Both the position numbers and the translations under genes were made by a program. A stretch of DNA of 64,000 nucleotides from Planctomycetota bacterium (lineage in GTDB: Bacteria > Planctomycetota > JAJSAM01 > JAJVHW01): contig JAJVHW010000002.1 of assembly GCA_022072415.1 (NCBI GenBank), forward strand, positions 591-64,590, in the 5' to 3' direction. The first letter of the stretch is position 1. Every line of letters starts with the position of its first letter. Below, one piece after another: positions 54,258 through 63,037 of the stretch. A model generated the notes under the pieces. It was not told the DNA's origin. It ran no database searches and saw nothing but the letters and a program-made list of their open reading frames with translations.

Positions 54258-57164
54258 TCAGCGGGACAGGCGGTCGAGGAGGTCCCGGGCGTCCTCGGAC
54301 TCCGGGTCCAGCCGGAGGGCTTCCTCGGCCGCCTTTCGGGCCTCGTCCTTCCGTCCGAGGAGGTCGAGGGCCGTCCCCCGGAGCGCGAGCAGTTCCGCGC
54401 GTCGGCGGTCGACGAGGGGGGGCTCCCCCTGCCGCCCGAGGTCCATGAACGACGCCTCGAACGCCATCAGGGCGGACACCTCGGCCTCCGCGAACGCCTT
54501 CCGGCCGAGCTGGATGCGGGCGAGACGCTCGTGGAGCGACGCGCACTGCTCCCGCGGCCAGTTCCGCCCGTTCGGCAGCGGCACCACGTCGCGCATCTCG
54601 AGGAGCGTCCGGAGTTCGTCGTCCGCGCACCCGGTCGTCTCGTAGTGCTTCGCGAGGCGCTGGCGCGTGGCGAAGTCGTCCTCGGCCACGGCGCAGTGGT
54701 CCTGGAGGAGCTTCATCGCGGCGTCGAGGTTCGACTCCCCCTCGCCGAGGAGCATCCCCGCGAGCTGGATCCGCGGAGAGCCCGGGCCGGTGACCTGCGG
54801 GTAGAGCTCGATCGCCCGCGCAAGGTGCGCCTTCGCCGCGGCGAAGTCCTTCGCCTCGCGGGCGAACGACGCGAGGGCCATGCGGAGGTCGAACACGTCG
54901 ATCCCGGCGGCGAGCGCGTCCTCGGCGAACTTCCGCGCCTGGTCGGGACGCGCCTGCCGCTGCGCGACGACGGACCGGATCACCAGCGCGCGCGGGTCGT
55001 CCTTCTTCCGCTCGACGAGCTTCGCGACGGACTGGAGGGCGCCCTCCGCGTCCCCCGCCGAGAGCTGCCCGAGGGCCAGCGTGAACCACCCGTCGGCGTC
55101 CGCGCCGTCCTTCCGGAGCCTCGAGCGGAGCCGCGCGACGCTCTCCTGCGACGGGCGCGGCAGCACCTTCACGTCCTTCACGTACTCCTTCGCGAACCCG
55201 AGGAAGCGGCGGTCGAACTCCTCCGGCTCGATGCCGAGGGCCTTCTTCACCGCGGCCGGAGTGTCGAGCTCGTCGGCGAACGCGCGCACGAGCTCCCGCA
55301 GCTTCGGGAACCCGAACTCGCGCTCGATCCACTCGCACATGAGGCCGCCCTGGTAGTAGGCGTACATCACGCGCCGTCCGCGGAACGCCTGGTTCACGTT
55401 GGCGAGGGTGAGGACCTCGTCGGACGCGATCGCGTCCACGAGCTCGCGCTCCATCTCGCGGAACCACTGCGGCGACGCCTTCCGCTCCTCGTAGACCGAC
55501 GCGCCCTCCGTGAGCCATCGCGGCACGCGGCCGCGGGAGAGTTCCAGCGTGATGACGTGGGCGAGCTCGTGGTGCATCGTCCCGCGCCAGCCGAAGGCGC
55601 CGGCCGGGAGCGCGCGGGGGCTGTCGAGCGTGACCACGCGGCCGAAGCACGCGCCGAGCGCCGGGAACCCGGGCAGACCGATCGTCCGCGCGGCGAAGTC
55701 CTCCTGGCGCTCGAAGATCGACACGTGGACCTGCCCGTCGAGGGGCATCCCCCACTTCGCCTCGAGCTCCGCCAGTGACCGATCCAGGGCCGGGAGGATC
55801 AGAGGGAGGTACGCGCGCTCCTCGGACGGCGCGATCCGCACGCGGAACTTCCCGTTCTCGCGCACCGGGTACGAAGCCGTCGCGCGGAAGAGCTCGAGGA
55901 AGTTCGAGCGGTAGCGGTTCTCGAACGGATCGCCCTTCTCGCTCGCCTTCAGCGCCTTCTCGCCCTCGGCCTCGTCGCCGACGTTGAGGAGATTCCGCCC
56001 GAGGAGGAACCATGCGTCCCAGTCACGGGGGTTCACCTCGGTCGCCTTCCGCGCGAACGCCGCGGCGTCGGCGAAGCGGCGGTGCTCCTCGAGCACTTCC
56101 GCGAGGAACCGGTAGGCGACGGACGCCTTCGGGTTCTGCGAGAGGAGCGACTTCACCTCGCCCTCGAACGACCCCTGCGCGCCGCGGAGGAAGTGGAGCG
56201 CCGCGCGCGCCGCCCTCGCGTCGGCGTGCGCCGGGTTCGCGGTGAGCGCGGCCGTGATCCGCTTCTCCGCCGGATCGTACTCCGAGTCGCCGAGGTGCAT
56301 CTGCGCGAGGAAGACCATCGCGGGGACGAACTCCGGGTTCTCGCGGAGCGCCCGCTCGGCCTCCTTCGCCGCCTCCGTGTCCTCGAAGATGAAGGCCCGC
56401 TGCCGCGCCTTCCCGAAGAGCGCCGGGGCGTAGTGCGGGTTGCGGTCCGCCGCCTTGGTGAACCACTCCTTCGCGCGCTCGTGCTGGAAGTTCCTGAGGT
56501 ACACGTCGCCGAGGTCCACCAGCACCTCGACCGGCGGCTTCTTCAGGCGGATGCTCGGCTCGAACTTGTCGAGGACGCCGTTCAGGTCCGAGCGGTATTC
56601 GCCGCTCGTCCGGTAGAGCGCGAGCCGCGCGCGCCCGACGACCGCGAGCGTCTCCGGGGCGTCCTCGCCGTCGGAGTCGGCCCAGCGCTTGTTCATCTCC
56701 TTGAAGAGCGCCGACGCGTCGTCGAACCGCCCGCGCTGCTCGAGCACGATCCCGAGCGCGTACCGCGCGGGTAGCGACGCGTCGTCCTTCGCGAGGGCGT
56801 CCCGCGCCGCCTTCTCCGCGCCGTCGAGGTCCCCGGTGAGGAGGAGGAGTTCCGAGCGGCGGAGCAGGATGCGCGGGGACTCGTCCCGCCCCGCAAGGGC
56901 CGCGATCGCGTCGCGGGACTTCCCCGAGTGCTCGAGCGCGCGGGAAAGATGGAGCGCCGCGTCGTCGTTCTTCGGATCGGCCGCGAGCGCCTTCCGGAGG
57001 TCGCGGACCGCGTCCTCCCAGGAGCCCCGGTCCATCGCCGGCTCCGCCGACTTCACCAGCGCCGCCGCCTCGCGGACGGGGTCCTCCTGCGCCGAGACGG
57101 GACGCGCCGCCCATGCGGCGGCGGAGAGGGTGAACGCGAGCGCGAGGATCCGGGAGCGGTGCAT
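54258..57164 (-). CDS. secreted TPR-repeat protein with embedded zinc-metallopeptidase (MA clan) motif
   Basis: A signal peptide is present, with many TPR-like helices. HELAHV lies within TMHHELAHVITLE. Confidence 0.75.
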   Translation of the reverse strand: MHRSRILALAFTLSAAAWAARPVSAQEDPVREAAALVKSAEPAMDRGSWEDAVRDLRKALAADPKNDDAALHLSRALEHSGKSRDAIAALAGRDESPRILLRRSELLLLTGDLDGAEKAARDALAKDDASLPARYALGIVLEQRGRFDDASALFKEMNKRWADSDGEDAPETLAVVGRARLALYRTSGEYRSDLNGVLDKFEPSIRLKKPPVEVLVDLGDVYLRNFQHERAKEWFTKAADRNPHYAPALFGKARQRAFIFEDTEAAKEAERALRENPEFVPAMVFLAQMHLGDSEYDPAEKRITAALTANPAHADARAARAALHFLRGAQGSFEGEVKSLLSQNPKASVAYRFLAEVLEEHRRFADAAAFARKATEVNPRDWDAWFLLGRNLLNVGDEAEGEKALKASEKGDPFENRYRSNFLELFRATASYPVRENGKFRVRIAPSEERAYLPLILPALDRSLAELEAKWGMPLDGQVHVSIFERQEDFAARTIGLPGFPALGACFGRVVTLDSPRALPAGAFGWRGTMHHELAHVITLELSRGRVPRWLTEGASVYEERKASPQWFREMERELVDAIASDEVLTLANVNQAFRGRRVMYAYYQGGLMCEWIEREFGFPKLRELVRAFADELDTPAAVKKALGIEPEEFDRRFLGFAKEYVKDVKVLPRPSQESVARLRSRLRKDGADADGWFTLALGQLSAGDAEGALQSVAKLVERKKDDPRALVIRSVVAQRQARPDQARKFAEDALAAGIDVFDLRMALASFAREAKDFAAAKAHLARAIELYPQVTGPGSPRIQLAGMLLGEGESNLDAAMKLLQDHCAVAEDDFATRQRLAKHYETTGCADDELRTLLEMRDVVPLPNGRNWPREQCASLHERLARIQLGRKAFAEAEVSALMAFEASFMDLGRQGEPPLVDRRRAELLALRGTALDLLGRKDEARKAAEEALRLDPESEDARDLLDRLSR

Positions 57165-57202
57165 CCGCCGATCTTAGACGGACCGGGTCCGCGCCGGAGA
57201 CC

Positions 57203-58381
57203 TCAGAAGCGGAGGCCGGCGAGGCGCCGCGCGGCGTCGGCGCACTCCTCGGGCGTCGGCACGAGCGCGAGGCGGACGTACCCCTCGCCGGGGTCCTCTC
57301 CGCCGTCGGGCGAGGAGAGCCACGTGCCGGGAGTCGTCACGACGGCGACCGCCGGGTCGAGCAGGCGCTTCGCGAACTCCACCGACGACATGCCGGCCGG
57401 CCCCTTCTGCCACACGTAGATCGTGGCCTCGGGAGTGCAGTCGGGGAGCCCGAGCTTCCGGAACGCGCCGCAGAGGAGGTCCCGCTTCGCGCGGTACTCG
57501 CGGCGCATCGCCGCCACGTGCGTCTCGTCGGACAGCGCGGCGACGGACCCGTCCTGCAGCGCGTTCGGCGTGCCCGAGTCGATGTTCGTCTTCAGCTTCC
57601 GGAAGAGACGGACCGCCTCCTCGTCCCCCGCGACGAAGCCGACGCGCCAGCCCGTCATGTTGCTGCGCTTGCTCATGGAAAACACGGAGAGCACGTTCTC
57701 GAGGCCCGTCTCGAGGGCGCTGTGCGGCGGTTCGTCGCCGAACCAGAGCTCGCTGTACGCCTCGTCCGACGCGAGGAGGATGCCGTGCTTCCGGCAGAAC
57801 TTCGCCGCGTCGCGGAGGAAGTCGAGGGGAGCCACCGATCCGGTCGGGCTGTTCGGCGAGCAGATCCAGAGGACCCGCGTCTCGCGGAGCACGTCGGCGG
57901 GGATCGCGCCGAGGTCGGGGAGGAAGCCCTGCGACGCGCGGAGCGGATACGTCCAGTTGCGCCCGCCCGCGAACATCGTCCCCCGCGTGTACGGCGGATA
58001 GCCCGGGTTCGGCGAGATGACCACGTCGCCCGGATCGACGAACGCGAGCGGCAGGTGGAACACCGCCTCCTTGCTCCCGATCGTCGCCGACACGTGCTTC
58101 GCGGGGTCGACCTTCACGCCGAAGCGCCGTCCGATCCAGTCCGCGCACGCGGCGCGGAACCCCTGCGACCCGATGTAGCTCGGATAGCCGGTCGTCGCGT
58201 GCTCGTCGAGGGCCCGCTTCGCGCGCTCGCGCGCGATCTCCGGCGTGGGCGCCTTCGGGTCGCCCACCCCGAAGTCGAGCACGGAGGCGCCCTGGCGGCG
58301 GAGATCCTCCACGATGCGGTCCACCTCGGCGAAGGCGTAGCCGCCGAGGGATTCGAGACGCAGGGATCCGCGGACTGACAT
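57203..58381 (-). CDS. class I/II PLP-dependent aminotransferase (LL-diaminopimelate aminotransferase-like)
   Basis: Motifs are NPGYPPY, NSPTG and the PLP lysine block SMSKRSNMTGWRVGF. Confidence 0.8.
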   Translation of the reverse strand: MSVRGSLRLESLGGYAFAEVDRIVEDLRRQGASVLDFGVGDPKAPTPEIARERAKRALDEHATTGYPSYIGSQGFRAACADWIGRRFGVKVDPAKHVSATIGSKEAVFHLPLAFVDPGDVVISPNPGYPPYTRGTMFAGGRNWTYPLRASQGFLPDLGAIPADVLRETRVLWICSPNSPTGSVAPLDFLRDAAKFCRKHGILLASDEAYSELWFGDEPPHSALETGLENVLSVFSMSKRSNMTGWRVGFVAGDEEAVRLFRKLKTNIDSGTPNALQDGSVAALSDETHVAAMRREYRAKRDLLCGAFRKLGLPDCTPEATIYVWQKGPAGMSSVEFAKRLLDPAVAVVTTPGTWLSSPDGGEDPGEGYVRLALVPTPEECADAARRLAGLRF

Positions 58382-58398
58382 GGGTTCCTCCGGAGGGA

Positions 58399-59394
58399 TC
58401 AGGTGCGCGACTTGGGGAGCGGCTGTTCGTGGAACTCGAGCATGCGGCGGCAGCAGGCGGCGACGCGCTCGCGCAGGTCCGCCGGCTCGAGCACCTCCGC
58501 GTCGGGGCCGAACTGGAAGAGCCACGAGAGGAACCACGCCTCCGTGCCCACGCGGACCGACGCGACGACCGAGCCGTCGCCCTGCTGGAGCACGTCCTTC
58601 CCGGGGAGCTCCTCCCGCACCCAGCGCACGGCGTCGCCGGTGAAGCGGATCCTCGCGGCGACCTTCCCCGGCGCCGGCGCGAAGTCGCGGTCGCGGTTCC
58701 AGCGGCGCACGTCGAAGTCGAGCGGGATCTCGTACTCGGTGTCGAGTAGGTCCGCCTCGCGGATCCGGTCCACGCGGAAGCTGACGACGTCCTTCCGCTC
58801 GCTGTCCCACGCGATCACGTACCACTCGCCGTCGTGCTCCGCCATCGCATAGGGGCGGATCACGCGCTCGGTGAGCGCCGCGCGGTGCGCGGACCAGTAG
58901 ACGATCCGGAGCTCCCGGCAGCGGCGGAGCGCCTCGCGCAGGTTCCCGGTGCGGCGGACCTCGCGCGCGGCCGGCCCGCGGAGCGTCCGCTCCGCGCGGT
59001 CGAGCTGCCGCTGCGCCTCCGGTCCCAGTGCGTGGAGCACCTTCTTCCGGAGGCCGCGCACGGCCTCCGAGAACGGGTGGTCCCCGGCCGCGAGCGGCTT
59101 CAGCGCGAGGAGGAGCGCGAGCGCCTCGTGCAGGACGAGCCGCACCGGCCGCTCGAACTGCTCGGCGAAGCGCACGTACACGCGGCCGCGCTCGACCCAG
59201 ATCGACACGTAGTTGTTGGGCGCGTACGGAGGCACGCCGCACATCAGCACGAGCCGCGCGACCTCGTCCGTGATCACGTTCTCGGAGAGCCCCGTGCGCG
59301 CCGCGAGCTCCTCCAGCGTGAGGCCCGGGTGCGCCTGGATCATGGGGATCAGCGCGAGCGCGTGGCGGAGCCCCTCGTAGGGATCGCGGGTCAT
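58399..59394 (-). CDS. HTH-WYL domain transcriptional regulator (PafC-like)
   Basis: The N-terminal wHTH is LTLEELAARTGLS. The WYL core is RVIRPYAMAEHDGEWYVIAWD...FRVDRI. ATGA overlap with the upstream paralogue. Confidence 0.75.
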   Translation of the reverse strand: MTRDPYEGLRHALALIPMIQAHPGLTLEELAARTGLSENVITDEVARLVLMCGVPPYAPNNYVSIWVERGRVYVRFAEQFERPVRLVLHEALALLLALKPLAAGDHPFSEAVRGLRKKVLHALGPEAQRQLDRAERTLRGPAAREVRRTGNLREALRRCRELRIVYWSAHRAALTERVIRPYAMAEHDGEWYVIAWDSERKDVVSFRVDRIREADLLDTEYEIPLDFDVRRWNRDRDFAPAPGKVAARIRFTGDAVRWVREELPGKDVLQQGDGSVVASVRVGTEAWFLSWLFQFGPDAEVLEPADLRERVAACCRRMLEFHEQPLPKSRT

Positions 59395-60581
59395 GACCGG
59401 CGCCCCTTCTTCGCGGGCGGCTTCCGGAGCGACGAGAGCTCGGTCGGCGGGCCCTGGTAGCGCGCGAGCATCGCGCGCAGATGGTCGCCGCCGCGCTTCC
59501 GGAGCTCCGGCGGCGCGACGACGCGCGCGCGGTCGCACTGGCGGGCGACGAACCGCAGCACGGCGGCCATCGCGTCCTCGCCCGCGTTCGCGTCGAACGA
59601 GAGCATCGCGCCGCCGCCGGGCAGGTCCGTGAACGTCCAGCCCTCGCGGAGCCCGTCGCGGAACATGAAGGCGATCTCCGGACGGAGCTCCACGTCCACG
59701 CGCTCCCCGCCCTTCCCCGCGCGCAGCGAGAACGCGGGGCGGTCCACGTGCTTCGCGACGTCGAAGTCGGCCGGCGCCGCGAACGTCCCCGACGCGGTGC
59801 GGGCGCGTCCCCGGATCCGGTCCACGCGGAAGTGCCGGATGTCATCGCGCGTGCGGTCGCGGCCCACGAGGTACCAGTGGCCGTCGTTCCAGCCGAGTCC
59901 GTACGGCTCGACCTCGCGCTGCCGCTCCTCGTCGCGCCCGATCGCGTAGTAGCGGAAACGCACCGGGCGGCGGCGGAGCACGGCGTCGGTGAGCACCTCG
60001 AGGTTCGGCCCGAGGTCGGGGTTCCGCGACCGGTCGGTCCGCACGCCGAGCATGTGCTGCTCGGTGACGGACGCTGCGGCGGCGCCCGTGAGCGGACTGT
60101 CCACCACGATCTTCCGCACCGCCGACGAGAGGGGCCGCGCGAGCGGGTCCCCCGTCGCCTCCTGCGCGTAGCGCTGCACCACGGCGAGCGCCGCCGCCTC
60201 CTCGACGGAAAGCTTGATCTCCGGCAGGAAGTACTGCTCGCGGGGGATGCGGTAGCCCTCGTGCCCGTGCTCGTCCAGCGGCTCGTAGACGATCGGGACG
60301 CCGATCGATCGGAGCTCCGCCTTGTCGCGGTCGAAGCGCTTCTCGAGCGCCTCCGGCGACGCGGAGTCGTCGTACCCAGCCACGCGGCCCTTGATCTGCG
60401 AGAACGGCACCGCGCCGGGCGACGACAGCAGGAACGCGACCAGGTTGAGGAGGCGCTCCGGCTTCGCGATCCGGTCGGCGTCGGCCCGCGTCTCGTCCGA
60501 CAGGGCGGGCCCGGCCGACGACGACGGCGCGCTGCCGCGCCCCGCCGCTCCGGCTCCGCCGCCCGTGCTGGCCGTGCCCAT
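59391..60581 (-). CDS. HTH-WYL domain transcriptional regulator (PafB-like)
   Basis: Motifs are RLLNLVAFLLSSPGAVPFSQI and REVEPYGLGWNDGHWYLVGRD...FRVDRI. Confidence 0.75.
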   Translation of the reverse strand: MGTASTGGGAGAAGRGSAPSSSAGPALSDETRADADRIAKPERLLNLVAFLLSSPGAVPFSQIKGRVAGYDDSASPEALEKRFDRDKAELRSIGVPIVYEPLDEHGHEGYRIPREQYFLPEIKLSVEEAAALAVVQRYAQEATGDPLARPLSSAVRKIVVDSPLTGAAAASVTEQHMLGVRTDRSRNPDLGPNLEVLTDAVLRRRPVRFRYYAIGRDEERQREVEPYGLGWNDGHWYLVGRDRTRDDIRHFRVDRIRGRARTASGTFAAPADFDVAKHVDRPAFSLRAGKGGERVDVELRPEIAFMFRDGLREGWTFTDLPGGGAMLSFDANAGEDAMAAVLRFVARQCDRARVVAPPELRKRGGDHLRAMLARYQGPPTELSSLRKPPAKKGRRS

Positions 60582-60761
60582 GTCTTCGATCCCTGCGTCG
60601 TCGATGATCGCTCGTCTCCGTTCCGCGCCGACCGGCTGCGGGGGAAACCGCGAGTAGACCACCGGAACGAGGCCGGGAACAGCTTTGCGGGCGGCGGGAG
60701 CGCGACGGTCGCGCGACGACCGCGCGTCTGCAGACCGTCAGCAAAGCGACGGCAGTTCGCC

Positions 60762-62495
60762 TCAGCGCGCCGGGACGGGGCGGGCGCCGCGGGCGGCGGG
60801 TTCGGCGGCGCGGAAGCCCGGCCTCACGGCCGGCGTCCGGCGCGCCTCGTCGGGTCCCGGGAGCTCCGCGCGGAAGGTGCTGCCCTTCCCCGGCGTGCTC
60901 TCCGCCCAGATCCGTCCGCCGTGGAGCGTGACGATCTCGCGGCAGATGGCGAGTCCGAGCCCGGTGCCCTCGTGGTTCGCGGAGCCGTTCTCGACGCGCT
61001 GGAACTTCTCGAAGATCCGGCCGAGATCCTCGGGCGCGATCCCGCATCCGCGGTCCTCGACCGCGAAGCGGACGCGGCCCTGCGCGTCGCCGTCCTCGAT
61101 CCGGAGGACGACCTCCCCGCCGCGCTCGCTGAACTTCAGCGCGTTGCCGACGAGATTCATCACGAGCTGCTGGATCCGGTCGCGGTCCGCGCGCAGGAGA
61201 CGCGGCGCGTCGCCCGCGTCCACGGCGATCCGGACCTCGCGCTCCGCGGACATGCCCTTCAGCGCCGCCGCCGCATCGGTGGCGACGGTCCTCGCGTCGA
61301 ACTCCGTCATGTTGAGCCGCGTGGCGCCGGCCTCGATGCGCGCAAGGTCGAGGACGTTGTTGATCATCCGGGTGAGCCGCTCGCTCTCCTTGTTGATGAT
61401 GCCGAGGAACTCGTGGCGGATGGCCGGCTCCGAGTCGCCGTGCTTCAGGAGGATCTCGCTGAAGCTGCGGATGCTCGTGAGCGGCGTGCGGAGTTCATGG
61501 GAGACCATCCCCATGTACTCGTCCTTCCGCGCCTGCAGGTCGGTGATGCGGATGTTCTCGAGCTCGAGCGCGCGGGTCTGCTCCGCCGCGGCGCGCGACT
61601 TCTCCTCCGCCGCCCGCACCTTCTCCCGGAGCCCGCCGAGCGAGAGCTCCCAGTCGCGCTCGGCGACCGCGCGCTCCGACGCGTCGCGGACGACCGCGAG
61701 GACCTGGGCGTCGTCTCCCTCGCCCACGGCCGACACCGTGATCTCCACGGCCACGCTGGACCCGTCCGGGCGGCCGAACGAGGCCGCGAGGATGCGCTTC
61801 TCCCGCGCGCACCGGAGGAGGTCCGTTCGGCCGAGCTTCGGGCCGTCGCCGCCGAGCAGGTCGAGGAACCCGAGCTCCGCCGCGGCCTTCCGGTCGCGTC
61901 CGCAGAGCGCCAGCGCGGCCGGGTTCGCGTCCGCGATCCGGAGGGACTCGCGCTCGAGGAGGAACACGCCGTCGACTGCGCAGTCGATCACGGCGCGCAT
62001 GCGCTTCGCGGCCGCGGCCGACGCTTCGGCGCTCTTCTTGTGCCGCATCACCGCGGCCTCCGCCGCGACGGACGCCGTGCCCGAGCGTTCGTCGGCCTTC
62101 CGGAGCGTGCGGCGCGTCTCGGAGAGTTCGTCCTCGAGGCGCACGGCGGCGCCGGTCAGGCGCTCGACCTCGCGCCGCTGGGCGTCGAGCTCCGAGGCGA
62201 GCTTCATCTCGTTCCGCTCGCGGTTCCGGAACTCGATGACCGCCAGCGTCGCGGACGTCGCGAGGAGCACCCCGGCGGCGAGGAGGAGGCCGTTCGCCCA
62301 CCCGCCGTCGCCGCTCCGCGCCGCCAGCACGTGGAGGACGCCGCTCCCGGCGAGGCTCGTGAAGCCGAGCCAGATCGCCAGCGTCGCAGCCGACTTCCGG
62401 CGCGGCGCCATGGCCACGACGAGCGCGATCCCGCCGAGCCCCGCGGTGAGGAGCGCGTAGCCGGACGCGGCGGACAGGTCGGCTGCCAGGATCAA
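60762..62495 (-). CDS. membrane PAS histidine kinase
   Basis: The TTG start overlaps the regulator stop (TTGA). It has 4 TM helices, a coiled coil and a PAS domain. The H-box is VSHELRTPLTSI. HATPase boxes are NLVGNALKFS, DRGCGI and GTGLGLAI. Confidence 0.85.
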   Translation of the reverse strand: MILAADLSAASGYALLTAGLGGIALVVAMAPRRKSAATLAIWLGFTSLAGSGVLHVLAARSGDGGWANGLLLAAGVLLATSATLAVIEFRNRERNEMKLASELDAQRREVERLTGAAVRLEDELSETRRTLRKADERSGTASVAAEAAVMRHKKSAEASAAAAKRMRAVIDCAVDGVFLLERESLRIADANPAALALCGRDRKAAAELGFLDLLGGDGPKLGRTDLLRCAREKRILAASFGRPDGSSVAVEITVSAVGEGDDAQVLAVVRDASERAVAERDWELSLGGLREKVRAAEEKSRAAAEQTRALELENIRITDLQARKDEYMGMVSHELRTPLTSIRSFSEILLKHGDSEPAIRHEFLGIINKESERLTRMINNVLDLARIEAGATRLNMTEFDARTVATDAAAALKGMSAEREVRIAVDAGDAPRLLRADRDRIQQLVMNLVGNALKFSERGGEVVLRIEDGDAQGRVRFAVEDRGCGIAPEDLGRIFEKFQRVENGSANHEGTGLGLAICREIVTLHGGRIWAESTPGKGSTFRAELPGPDEARRTPAVRPGFRAAEPAARGARPVPAR

Positions 62496-62929
62496 ACGAT
62501 GCGCTCCCCCTCCGGCGCCCGGGACCCGCCGAGGACCTCGCGGATCCGCTCGACGATCCGCGACGGGCTGAAGGGCTTCGTCATGTACTCGTCGGCGCCG
62601 GACTCCATCCCGCGCGCGCGCGCGGAGTCCTGCCCCTTGGCGGTCAGCAGGATCACGTGCGTGCCGCGGAGGTCGGGATCGCCCTTCACCACCTGGCACA
62701 CCTCGTACCCGCTCCGCTTCGGCATCATCACGTCGAGGATGCAGACCTGCGGGCGCCGGTCCCGGAGGACCTCGAGCGCCTGGTCGCCGTTGGTCGCCTG
62801 CGACACTTCGAATCCGGCACGCTCGAGGACGAAGCTGAGCGAGCGGAGGATGAAGGGCTCGTCGTCGGCGACGAGCACGCGCGGAGCGGCGCCGCGCGCA
62901 GGGGGAGGTTCGTGGTGTGCGTCGTCCAT
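62492..62929 (-). CDS. single-domain response regulator (CheY-like receiver)
   Basis: Motifs are VLVADDE, DVMMP and LTAKG...YMTKPF. Confidence 0.85.
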   Translation of the reverse strand: MDDAHHEPPPARGAAPRVLVADDEPFILRSLSFVLERAGFEVSQATNGDQALEVLRDRRPQVCILDVMMPKRSGYEVCQVVKGDPDLRGTHVILLTAKGQDSARARGMESGADEYMTKPFSPSRIVERIREVLGGSRAPEGERIV

Positions 62930-63037
62930 GGAGCCTCGATCCGCGGCCGACGGGCCGCGCTCCCCTATCGGGAACGGACGGCTCTCAGCTTGACACGCAG
63001 CTTCGGCGCGGACGTCGCTGCGGGGTTCGCGTCCAGG

